This document shows, piece by piece, positions 11,161 through 21,153 of a stretch of DNA of 64,000 bases. Within the stretch, counting starts at the first letter, position 1. Every line of letters begins with the position of its first letter. The position numbers were made by a program, and so were the translations under genes. The notes beneath the pieces are model-generated. The model was given only the letters and a program-made list of their open reading frames with translations. It searched no databases and was not told where the DNA came from. Source of the DNA: Mayamaea pseudoterrestris (Eukaryota); assembly GCA_027923505.1 (NCBI GenBank), contig BROI01000006.1, forward strand, positions 806,001 through 870,000, given 5' to 3'.

Positions 11161-13467
11161 CTACTCTACCATAGATGCTTTCTCATCCTCATTCTTCACA
11201 TCCACTTCGGCGGGCGGGCAAATCGTCTTTGACTTCAAGGCGGCTGGTTCGTCGCTTGGCGACGCCTCGATACCGTTCCAGTTGTGCTCATTTCCTGCAC
11301 CTTCATCGGTCAACGCGGAAGCTGAATAGCTGACAGTCCTGCATTGCTCCACCTCGTCTTGGATGGACCGCGACATTGAACCCTCATCATTCGGAGTTAC
11401 TTCGGCGACGTTTGCATCTTCCTTGCCGTCACTGCCCCTGTCGCCCTCCGCCCCTTCAGAGGTGGAACCATGGACTTGAAAACTGCCGCCGTCACTTCCA
11501 CTATCGGGCGCGGAAAGAACAGTTTTAAGAACCTGATCGACAAAGTTCTCGTCCATCTGGTCAGCTTCAGCGGGGATGTAATTGTTCACTGAGTCGAGAA
11601 TGGTCTGCAACTGCTCTCTCATTGCCGTGGCGTTCTGGATAATGCCGATTCTAGTTTGAGACGTATGCTTCACCTGCAGCGCATGCTTTTCGACTGCAGC
11701 GAGGACATCGGCTCTAGCGTCAGCCGACTGTTGGAGCGCAGCATGCTCCCAACGAAGCACAGTTGAGATACGCTCACGCTCCACCCTGCACTGCTCGAAT
11801 AGCTCTTCCTGGGCTTTGACACTTTGAGCAATCTTTTCGTGTTCAGCATGCGCCGAAAGGACATCGATTTCGTGTTCCTCGACCCTCTGGATGATGGTGG
11901 CTTGTTCCGAGGCGACGTTTCCAAGATATTCAGCGACAGTCAAGAGTTTGCGACTGAGCTTGGAAACGGTTTGGCGAAGCGCTTCGCGCTCCTTTTCAAT
12001 TGTCCGAAGACGCAAGGTGTAGTTTGAGGTCGCACTATCGTTGTCCTGGGTTGCAACGGAAAGCTGACGCGCCAAAGAAGCTACCTGCTCGACGAGGGAA
12101 TTCTCATGTGCAATCTTTTTCTTGAGCTGCTCTTCGAGAATTAAAACATAAGACTTCACGCTCTTGTGATCTTCACTGATTGTCTTCAGCTCGTCGTTCT
12201 TTCCAGTGAGCTTGATCTCCAATCGAGTGACTTCAGACTTAAGCTTCTTTGTCTCTTCCTCAATCTCTGTCTTCAAACGAGAGATTTCGCGCTCGAGAGT
12301 GGTGCACTTCAAATTGATTTCCTCATTCTCTTCAATGAGAGCCTTGTTATCTCTTGTAAGTCTTCCCTCAACCTCTTCCTTGGCCTTCAAAGTTGCTTTT
12401 AAGCAACTTTCCATGGCAGTGACTTTGTTAGCGACCGAAGTCTCGCCAACCGACTTGCTCTCGAGACGCGTTTCCAATAGCTCGACTCGCTCCTTGGTAC
12501 GAAGACAATCTTCTGAGCTGTCCTTTAGTTCTTCTTTCAAGCGGTCAATTTCCTTTGAAAGACGTCCTTGTTCAGCCTTTGCATCCTCGATTTCCTCCGC
12601 ATGTTGCTTTCGCAACTTGGCAACAAGTTCTTCAAATTCAGAACGCTGCGCAGCGATGACTTTTTCATGCTGGACGCTTGACACGGAAGTAGCCTGTGCA
12701 TGGCGCTCCAAAGCTTTGATGAAGGCAGCACGGTTGGGAGACTTGGTTGTCTGAGCCATAACCAAAGGAGTGCGACCCTTGGCGTCCTGAACTTCAACGG
12801 AACCAGGAAACGCTGTCAGAAGAGCATCGACCACGGCTTCACTCGACCCCATGCGATAGGAAAGATGCAATGGAAGCATGCCTTGATCATCCTTGGCAGA
12901 CACCGATCCAGGATAGACGTCAAGCAATGCTTTCAAAACATGGTCAGGCGCTCCAAAAATGATAGCGCCATGTATTGGCAACAATCGCCAGCGAAGCTTT
13001 CCGTCCACCTCTTTGCGCGAGACCCAGTGCGTTGTTTCCTCAGGGCTTTCACGCGCTTTCTCGATGGCTCCCTCCCAGTCTCTGCGTTGCAGCAGCAGAT
13101 AAAGCTCGCTTGGGTCAACATCGAAGTCAAGCTCGACACTCAAAGCCTTGTCAGTGGGAGGATTGGTGACGGGCACAGTTTCCGTTTCGATCTCCTCAGC
13201 TTCCTTTTGTTTCTTTTCAGCCTCAGATATGTCGCGTGCCTCAGCTTCGTCGATGATCGTTTTTGGTGTCTTGGGAAAGTTGGGAACAGTTCGTTCCTCG
13301 TCGTCAACCCGTTCCTCGTTGTCCTCAGTGTGTTGCTCAGGGAAGACTTCCAATTCGTCCGGAGACTCCTTTTCCGCCTCGATGAATGCAACCTTGCTAC
13401 CTTCAGAAAGCATCTCGGCACTGTCGCTCAGATCGAAAGGCCCACAAAAGCCACACGCGTCCCTCAT
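11161..13467 (-). CDS. Diatom ankyrin-like (dAnk-like) protein with long coiled coil
   Basis: Probable ATG 13467 (MRDACGFCG). ELDFDVDPSELYLLL..W..THWVSR..WRLLPIHGAI, KDDQGMLPLHL, DAKGRTPL; coiled coil follows. Confidence 0.78.
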   Translation of the reverse strand: MRDACGFCGPFDLSDSAEMLSEGSKVAFIEAEKESPDELEVFPEQHTEDNEERVDDEERTVPNFPKTPKTIIDEAEARDISEAEKKQKEAEEIETETVPVTNPPTDKALSVELDFDVDPSELYLLLQRRDWEGAIEKARESPEETTHWVSRKEVDGKLRWRLLPIHGAIIFGAPDHVLKALLDVYPGSVSAKDDQGMLPLHLSYRMGSSEAVVDALLTAFPGSVEVQDAKGRTPLVMAQTTKSPNRAAFIKALERHAQATSVSSVQHEKVIAAQRSEFEELVAKLRKQHAEEIEDAKAEQGRLSKEIDRLKEELKDSSEDCLRTKERVELLETRLESKSVGETSVANKVTAMESCLKATLKAKEEVEGRLTRDNKALIEENEEINLKCTTLEREISRLKTEIEEETKKLKSEVTRLEIKLTGKNDELKTISEDHKSVKSYVLILEEQLKKKIAHENSLVEQVASLARQLSVATQDNDSATSNYTLRLRTIEKEREALRQTVSKLSRKLLTVAEYLGNVASEQATIIQRVEEHEIDVLSAHAEHEKIAQSVKAQEELFEQCRVERERISTVLRWEHAALQQSADARADVLAAVEKHALQVKHTSQTRIGIIQNATAMREQLQTILDSVNNYIPAEADQMDENFVDQVLKTVLSAPDSGSDGGSFQVHGSTSEGAEGDRGSDGKEDANVAEVTPNDEGSMSRSIQDEVEQCRTVSYSASALTDEGAGNEHNWNGIEASPSDEPAALKSKTICPPAEVDVKNEDEKASMVE

Positions 13468-14055
13468 GGTCTGTATGCTCCGTATGCCAATGTAGACTCG
13501 ACGAGACGGAATTGCGAAGCACTGCAAATGAAACAGCAACGGGTATCGCTTTCCTCTTTGAACCTTTTGCCAAGGATCCGTCGGGAAGTTTGTGATTCAT
13601 CGTCGCCAGATTGTATGTACCTCTCGCCACCGTCGCCAACGATTGGCAATCTCGATTAGCTAGCGATGATTCGCCTATGTTTTGGAAAACCCGAACATTG
13701 TGAAAAAGTTAGCTGGCAAATGATAATGAAACAACGAATCTTTGTGGTCGTGCTGGTTAACCATTGTTAACGCTCACTCGGCTGGCTCGTAGCCGTTTCG
13801 AGGACACTTGCTTTGTTCACAACATAATCTCGATCGACTCATCCCTTTGTACTCGATTCTTGCTCTACCGGTATAAGACGACGGACACACGCATGTTATC
13901 GTAATGGAGGCTTGCTCGATCGGGTTTTTTATTTATTTGCCATTAATTTATTACGGCTTTACTGTTAAAGTAGACGACCGTATACCGGTACCCGGTAAGC
14001 AACTTCGTACAGCATTATCAGTTCACCACTGCAAGCTGCAGGCTCATACTGCTAC

Positions 14056-15090
14056 TCAATTCTTTGCAACAACTAGATTGTAATGCTCGCCCAGTGCATA
14101 GTAGTGACGGTGATAGGAAAGCCGAATCGGGTCTATCTCACCCTTTTGCTCACACTCGATGCAAAGCGGCTCAACGGAATGCGCCTGATAGATAATCATG
14201 GGCCGACCAAGTGCAATGCTCAGCGCTCGAAGCTCCAAGTGTCCGCCCCAGTCGGCCGAATTCCTGATTCGATTCGTATATTGTTCAAACGTTGTTATCT
14301 CGTCCGTGTAGTCGCAAAACGGAGCAAACTCGTTTTGGTTCTTGTCCAAGGCATCTGCACAAAGCTGTCCTGATAGCAGCATAGCACAGTAAAAGCTGTC
14401 ACGTAAGAAACAAAAGTTGAATTACATTACATGCCCGCTCATCTCCCCACTTACGAATTTCCATAAAGTCCTTGCCACACGCTGCTCCAATCGCTCGATA
14501 CAAGCAATGTCCATCAGCCGCCACATCTTGAATGACTAAATCAAGCGGTGCTAGCTGTTCCATTAACGTTTCCATTTCGACTTGTCGTTGGGTTGGACCG
14601 GCATTGTCAAGCTCGTCTTGAATGTTTCGCTCGCGTTCCAGTTCCTTCTCGCGCGCCTTTTCGCGCTTGCGTCGCGCCTTTTCTGCCTTGCTGGAAGATG
14701 ATTGCCTTTCCTGGTCTTGATCGTTAGCAACCGACATTGACGCTTGATCATCTACTGCTTCCTTTGACGCTGCAGCCTCCTCAAGCACGGAACTTCCAGC
14801 ATTCATGGCGGCGAGCTCATCAGCATGCTTTGTCTTGAGTTCGACGAATCGTTCATCGTACTTGGCTTCGAGCCTGCAAACCAGAAGAGTGAGCAAATGA
14901 ACGACTTCCTGCTATTTATAACCATTTAATCCCAGTCATCCCTTCCTCATCAAACTTACGCTGCCAGTATTTCCTTTCCCTTTTGTCCCTTGCCAGCCGT
15001 TCCCTTGGCCTTTTTCAGCTCGGCGCGCTTCTCGCCCTCGAGCGCCTTGAGCTCTTTATTGTGTCGAGTTTTGACTTCATCCGCTGACAT
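14056..15090 (-). CDS. OTU-domain deubiquitinase, OTUD6/OTU2-like (exons 15090-14960, 14873-14455, 14369-14056)
   Basis: Catalytic motif ADGHCLYRA, WGGHLEL and YHRHYYALGEHYN. GT-AG introns 14959-14874 and 14454-14370 join three track ORFs in frame. Confidence 0.9.
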
Positions 15091-15546
15091 TTTCTTGTCA
15101 AGAAATGAGGCTTTCCGATGACGCGACTCGTGAAAATTGCGAATGGTGGCGCACCTACGAACCTTGCCAGATTTGACCGCCATGGTGCACCGCTCGTTTC
15201 CGCCGCAGCATGATTCCCCGATTAGGGTTAAGGTTTCGAAACCGCCGCGCCGGCGCGCCACGATGCATCCACCATGATTCACTCGCCAGTTTCGAGCCGG
15301 AGGTGCACTATGTAATCCTTGCCCGCCTCTATTTATCTGTATGAAGCGACTGCCTACTATCAATGAAGCATGCTTCCGAGATATGAATCTCCTAGTGTAG
15401 CTAGCGCAAGCCACGTGCTTGCCTCAGTTTTCCGAAATTCACACTTTCATTGTCGAATTCTCGCTCTGGATCTTGAGCAAGCTTCATTGATTTTTCAAAA
15501 GCAGCAAGACAAGTGCAACGAAGAAAGAAACAACCATTCAACCATC

Positions 15547-18429
15547 ATGGAAGCGCTTGCTAAACTCTCCGCGAGATGCAACGCCGACAACGTTTGCACC
15601 TCGGCCATGAACAGTCGCGGCCTCATGGACGAAACCAACAAGACCATTGTCGAAATGACGTTGGAAGTAGACTACAGCAAGCACTGTACGACGCTGTACA
15701 AGATGATTGAGGAGCAAGATTGGGAAACGGTGGCCAAGTTTTTGGATACTGGTTACTGGATTGGATCGCTCTGGGCGGACAAGCTCACGCCAGTGGAGCA
15801 AGCCAAAACCTGGGTCACGCGGTTCGACCCAGAGGATACCACCAAGATCAAGTGGAGTCAGCTGCCACTGCACTTGGCCATTGTCATTGAAGCTCCAGTT
15901 TCCATTATCCGGCGTCTTGTGGAGACCTACCCCAAGGCTCTCAAGTGCACCGACGATGAACATATGCTGCCCTTCCATTTGGCCATGCGTCATGGAGCCA
16001 CGGATGAAGTCGTCGACTATTTGTTGCAAGGTTTTCCGGATGCCGTCAATGTCAAGGGCAAGAACAGTCGTTCGGCTCTGGAGTGTGCCATGCGCTCACG
16101 CAAAAAGGCGCGGGCCCGCATGTTGACCGTCTTTTTGGACAAGACGCGGGGCAACCAAGTGGCCAATCTGGAATTGGTCAAGACGCAGCTCGACGAAAAG
16201 AACAAGTTCTTGGACCAGCTTCACTCGCAGCTGTCAAAGATTGAAACGGCCAAGACGCAGGTGGAGGATGACTTGGCGCACAAGATTAACCAGTTGCTCG
16301 ACACCAAGGCTGAACTCGAATCCAAGCTGGAGGAACTCAAGCATGAAAAGGAATCGCTCGAGTTGAGTTCGGCCAAAATGGCTGGACAGATGCAGCACAC
16401 CAAGCTCTTTCACGAGATTGAAACGGAGCGCAAGATTGCGGCGTTGGAGGTTCAGAAGAAGGAACTCGAAGCGGCCGAGCGCCAAATCCAGGAGGATGAA
16501 GTCCGTCTCCACTCGAACCTTGCCGTCATTGAGATGCGCGTTGGCGAAACAATGTCGGTCGAAGACATGGATGCGCTCAAGAAGGACCTTACAAGCTTTC
16601 AGACCTACCGCTTGGAGCATACCCGGTCGCGCGCCCTTGAAGACATTAAGAGTCTCAAGCTGACGATTCACAATGAACTCGAAAAGTGCCAAGGCGCGCA
16701 CATGGATGAAATTCGTGCCATTCAGCAGTCGGTCCACGTGATGGAGGAGTACGACACGAGCAAGGCGTCGGACGAGGAGCTGACCGAGCTTCGGGCGGAA
16801 CTGGACAAGCTCAAGGCTGCCTTGCGCGACAGGACGGAGGCTCAGAGTCTTCGTGCGGACTTGCTTGCTTTGAAAACGTCGCTCGAGTCGCACGTCAAGT
16901 CGTTTTGCTTTCACGACAAGGAAACCAAAGCTGAGTTGAACAAGACCATTGAAGCTATAACCGAGTCGCACTTGAATGAGCTCGACTACACCGGTCTTGT
17001 CCAGATGCGCCAGGACGTTACCAAGCTGAAGAGGAGCGCCCAAGAAAAGGCTCTCGTCTTTCAGGCCAAGAAGGACCTTGCCGAAATCCAGACTCTGCTT
17101 GCGGCGCAGATCAAGGCCGCTGGTAGTGGGGACGACCTTGTCGAGAAGAAGAAGGCGATTGACAGCATCGAAAAGGGGGGTCTTGAAGGAAAGTCCAGCG
17201 AAGAACTTGTCAGTTTGCAGATTGAAATGATCAATCTCAAGGAAGGCCTCAAGCGAGATGGAGTTTTGCTTCATAAGAAGGAACTCGTGACGGCTCTCAA
17301 GAAAGATATTTCCCTTGAATTGTCGAGTGCTAGTGGAAAACACAAGCATACTTTGAACGCGATGAAGAAGGAGATTGACGCTCTTGACAAGTCCAACGAC
17401 ATGGACAGCGTTCGTCTCGACACCTTGACGAAACATCGTCAAACGTTGGAGGGTCTGACGAAGCAGCGCATCGAAGCCAAACAGATCAAGGACGAACTTT
17501 CGCAGCTGCAAAAGCTTGTGGCGACACAGATGAAGCAAAGCAACGCCGAGTCGAAGCGCGAGCTTACTGCCTTCCATCGTGAACTGGAGCAAATTGCGAG
17601 TCAAAAGCTCGACGAGAAGAATCGCATTGAAATTGAAGCAATCAAGGCCAACATTGAGTCAATTAAGCATCAAGTCTATAACTCCAAGGAAGAGTTCTTC
17701 ACCAAACTCGAGTTTAATTCTTTAAAGCAGGCACTCGAGGAAAGAATTGAGTCAACCAAAGGTGAAGCGCATCTGGAGTTTCTCACAATGAAGCAAACGC
17801 TGGATAGCATCAACCTTGAAACTGTTAACGTCAAGGGCAAGGAAGGATGGTGTCAGCTAAAGGCAGAGATTGAAGCCTTGAAGGTAGATCTGATGCGGAA
17901 GGATCTCATCAACCTAAAGAAGGAGCTGGTTGAGGAACGCACAGCAAGCAAGAATGACAAGCAGAAGGAAGGACTCTCTCGGGCAATTGACTCGATCAAG
18001 ACTGATGGTATTGATTCTGTCTCCCTGGGAGAGTTGTTGCTAATGAAAAAGGCAGCCGTGGCGTACCGAAGCCAAGTCAAGATTGCAAAGAAGTCCTTGT
18101 TTCGTTGTTTTTTCAAGCGCAGCAAGAAGCAGCAACAGACGAGTGCAGCTGTCACAGCCAGCAAACAAGACTGCATCCAGCCATTCATGCCTCCAAGGGC
18201 CCCGACTGCCGATGAAATTTCGCACACTTCTTCCGAGCCTGACAGTGAAAGCAACGCTAGCATTCCGAAGTCGGTCCGCACCATGTCTTATGGAAACGTC
18301 TCGGGTTCGAACTTGAAGTCCGCCTCGGACGTCGAGAACCTCAAGTCACCGAGTTTTATGGCATCCAATGAAGGCAAGGAATTAACGACGGCAGACGTTA
18401 TGCCATCTTCGATCACGGTGGAACAGTAA
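15547..18429 (+). CDS. Diatom ankyrin-like (dAnk-like) protein with very long coiled coil
   Basis: Probable ATG 15547. EVDYSKHCTTLYKMIEEQDW..AKTWVTR..WSQLPLHLAI, TDDEHMLPFHLA; about 650 aa of heptad-rich sequence; basic KKSLFRCFFKRSKK near the C-terminus. Confidence 0.8.
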   Translation: MEALAKLSARCNADNVCTSAMNSRGLMDETNKTIVEMTLEVDYSKHCTTLYKMIEEQDWETVAKFLDTGYWIGSLWADKLTPVEQAKTWVTRFDPEDTTKIKWSQLPLHLAIVIEAPVSIIRRLVETYPKALKCTDDEHMLPFHLAMRHGATDEVVDYLLQGFPDAVNVKGKNSRSALECAMRSRKKARARMLTVFLDKTRGNQVANLELVKTQLDEKNKFLDQLHSQLSKIETAKTQVEDDLAHKINQLLDTKAELESKLEELKHEKESLELSSAKMAGQMQHTKLFHEIETERKIAALEVQKKELEAAERQIQEDEVRLHSNLAVIEMRVGETMSVEDMDALKKDLTSFQTYRLEHTRSRALEDIKSLKLTIHNELEKCQGAHMDEIRAIQQSVHVMEEYDTSKASDEELTELRAELDKLKAALRDRTEAQSLRADLLALKTSLESHVKSFCFHDKETKAELNKTIEAITESHLNELDYTGLVQMRQDVTKLKRSAQEKALVFQAKKDLAEIQTLLAAQIKAAGSGDDLVEKKKAIDSIEKGGLEGKSSEELVSLQIEMINLKEGLKRDGVLLHKKELVTALKKDISLELSSASGKHKHTLNAMKKEIDALDKSNDMDSVRLDTLTKHRQTLEGLTKQRIEAKQIKDELSQLQKLVATQMKQSNAESKRELTAFHRELEQIASQKLDEKNRIEIEAIKANIESIKHQVYNSKEEFFTKLEFNSLKQALEERIESTKGEAHLEFLTMKQTLDSINLETVNVKGKEGWCQLKAEIEALKVDLMRKDLINLKKELVEERTASKNDKQKEGLSRAIDSIKTDGIDSVSLGELLLMKKAAVAYRSQVKIAKKSLFRCFFKRSKKQQQTSAAVTASKQDCIQPFMPPRAPTADEISHTSSEPDSESNASIPKSVRTMSYGNVSGSNLKSASDVENLKSPSFMASNEGKELTTADVMPSSITVEQ

Positions 18430-18888
18430 GGCGCGACGAATGTAGGTTGGCCGACAAAGCATTAATTAGCTTGCTAGTTGTTGCATGAACATACATTTCG
18501 ATACTTCTTCAACAGCTACCGTAGACGCACGTAGGTTGCCTACCCCACAACCACTTTCATTTCATAGCCACGAAGAGCTGATTTAGGCAGCGGCGTTATG
18601 ATACACTCGTTACGCGGTATGTATATCGGCGCTGACTCGCTCAGCCGGCGACTCTTTTATTGTTTAATAACACATGAAATCAGAGCACAGTACAATTCTA
18701 GTGAAAAGCACATTTAGCTTGAGGCTGCCGCGTCAGCTATGAAAGTGGGCATGCGATAGAGAAAATGCTAGTGTAAAGGCAACGATAGATTATGTATACG
18801 AAAGACTTTGTTACATGCGGTAGCATCCGCTGCAACCCTCTTCATTGCAATATATTTTCTGACCAGTGTGCGAAACAACATGCTTTCA

Positions 18889-19848
18889 TCACTTTGCCTT
18901 TGTTTTGCGTCTCGTTCGACTGGCAATGCTGCGAATTCCCGACGAGACCGAGCCCTTGATCTTTCTAATACCATCCGACCTTGTCTTGGAGATAGTGGAC
19001 GTCTCGAGATGCTGCGACGGTATCGTTGATTGTTTAATTATAGGTTTCGGCGGTGCCGCGCGAAAACGCTGCTTCTTCAAGTCCTCTAGCTCCTTGCGAT
19101 TGCTCAACAACTCTAGCAAAACATCGGGTAGCGAGCCGTTTAGAACGTCTATCGGTTTGGCAAAATTTGTCTTCCGCTGTGCCATCTGGAGAAGCTCTCT
19201 CCAATTTTGATCCACCTCTGCTCGCGCATGCTTGCTCACTTGGTCGACTACAGCTTCAAATACAACTCCTCGTGCCTTATTTGGACCCAGCTCACAGCAC
19301 TGGTATGGAAGTCTTCCTCCCATACCGCGTTCATTAATCGACGACGGAAATGGCTCCAAGAGAAGCGCCAAGACCTGGTCAGAAGCTCCGAACCCAAAAG
19401 CCAAGTGTATCGGCAGCATTCCTTCATTATCTGTCGACTGAATTGACTTTGGATAGCACTCGACCAATTTGCGAATGACAACAAAGGGTGCATTGTAACT
19501 AATAGCCGCGTGGAGAGGCAGCTGACTCCACTCTGGCACCTTTTTGTGGTCGCTGTAGCTCGTCACCCAAGTCTTTACCTGTATCTCCGGCGCTGGGCTC
19601 TTCATATATTCATGCGCATTGGCCAGTATGGAGTTGCTCCACTTGCCAGTCGTCAGAAACATCAACACTCCCTCCCAATTCTCCTTCTCAATGGCGCGAA
19701 AGAGTGGCGTCGCTCGTCGATACGACGTGTTGAGTACATCGCTGTCATCGGACGAGTGAGTATGGCCTGTCGATATGGTGTATTTCGTAAATTCCTCGTC
19801 GTCGTCCAAGTTTTCGGGTGTGCCGCAGTTGCACCCAAAGGCCGCCAT
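18889..19848 (-). CDS. Diatom ankyrin-like (dAnk-like) protein, short form
   Basis: Probable ATG 19848 (MAAFGCNCG). ATPLFRAIEKENW..KTWVTS..WSQLPLHAAI, TDNEGMLPIHLA; basic C-terminal tail. Confidence 0.78.
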   Translation of the reverse strand: MAAFGCNCGTPENLDDDEEFTKYTISTGHTHSSDDSDVLNTSYRRATPLFRAIEKENWEGVLMFLTTGKWSNSILANAHEYMKSPAPEIQVKTWVTSYSDHKKVPEWSQLPLHAAISYNAPFVVIRKLVECYPKSIQSTDNEGMLPIHLAFGFGASDQVLALLLEPFPSSINERGMGGRLPYQCCELGPNKARGVVFEAVVDQVSKHARAEVDQNWRELLQMAQRKTNFAKPIDVLNGSLPDVLLELLSNRKELEDLKKQRFRAAPPKPIIKQSTIPSQHLETSTISKTRSDGIRKIKGSVSSGIRSIASRTRRKTKAK

Positions 19849-20298
19849 GGTAGATTGTGATCCAGAGAAGTGAACGCTTATTCGACCCAGCTTTCTGACC
19901 GCCACGATCAATACGGTACAAGTGCCAGCAAGAGGGCGAAAAACGGAGCAGTTTTCCTTGTAAGGGCACGGCAGTCCCAACATGAATCTTGCATTTTGGT
20001 TGCTTAGGCAATCGCTCGCCAAAATGAGTGTCAGTGGCGTCGTTCCCGAACTTTGAGAAAGTTACTTAGGCACATTTAATATTGCCTACCCAGAGCGAGC
20101 GATGTAGTATAGTGTAATAAGTACTCTGTGCGTCGTCACGTAACGCCCCGCCTCTGCGTCGCAATTGTGGCGGAGCGGCACTACTTACCGCGCTTACTAG
20201 CGCGCTCATCGCGCCGACAGACGCGGCAATCATCACGACGGCATCGATAGAGGAAACGTCAACTTTCAGTCTAAGTTGTAACTTTTTAAGAATAAAAA

Positions 20299-20927
20299 AT
20301 GATTGAAGTAGCAGCTCTATTACTATGCAAACTCGGCGGTCAAGGCGGAAGCGCTGACGAAATAAAAGCAGTTTTGGAGGCGGCTGGTGTTGAAGTGAAT
20401 GAGGAAGCATTGACAAAATTGACGGGAGACATGGACGGAAAGGATTTGAACGAATTGCTCGCAGCAGGAGCAGAAAAGATCAAGGATGTTCCATTTGGAG
20501 GCGGCGGCGGTGGCGGCGGCGGAGGAGGTAGGTGACGAATGATATTTTGACATGCCAACACATCGCATGTGTCGACGAAAGAGTAAAACGAGCATACAAG
20601 AAATAGCTTTTTTGGCGAATCGGAAGAGCATGGAAGTAGCTAGGATTACGAGAAAAGGTTTATGGGAATTTTAAATGTGATTGCAGGCGAAAATTGGCGC
20701 GGATCTGCAGTCGCTGCCCAGACAAAACGAAAATATTAAGCTTGTTTACACGCAATCATCGCTCACCTTTCTGTTTACTTTGTCATACAGGCGGCGATGA
20801 CGCTGGTGCAGGAGGCGCAGCGGCAGCCCCCAAGGAGGAAGAAAAGGAGGAGGAAGAGGAGCTTGACTTGGCCGGAGGCATGGACATGTTTGGAGGTGAG
20901 GCCGGAGGCGGCGGTGGCGACTATTAA
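20299..20927 (+). CDS. RPLP2: 60S acidic ribosomal protein P2 (exons 20299-20527, 20791-20927)
   Basis: AALLLCKLGG..SADEIKAVLEAAGVEV..GKDLNELLAAGAEK, Gly/Ala hinge, acidic EEEKEEEEE..GGMDMFG tail. Phase-1 intron 20528-20790 (GTAGGT...ACAG). Confidence 0.88.
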
Positions 20928-21153
20928 GCTACTGCTATTATAAAAAAAATAGTTACTTCAAAATTATGTTCTGTATGCGCTGCTGTTCGTTCGTTCGAGT
21001 TTGTCAACAATACTTGTATATCGCAGGATGGCAGGTGAAGCAAGCCTCATACTGTAAGAGTGGCGTCGTTTAGCTAGCTAATATGGTATCAAAGCACTGC
21101 ACCGGCAAATTACTCAATACATGGCGTATTTTAAAACGTACGGTAGCAATTAA

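Noticed and set aside
15370..15546. N-terminal extensions in the ORF track (also 8157, 13539, 20022, 23589, 33239, 35680, 52901, 59479)
   Set aside because: Most rely on non-ATG starts that are unlikely for nuclear genes; the first plausible in-frame ATG was used instead.
16234..17604. 456-aa antisense ORF (also 12700-13659, 8748-9593, 9524-10321, 57540-58370)
   Set aside because: Antisense shadows of long coiled-coil or low-complexity genes.
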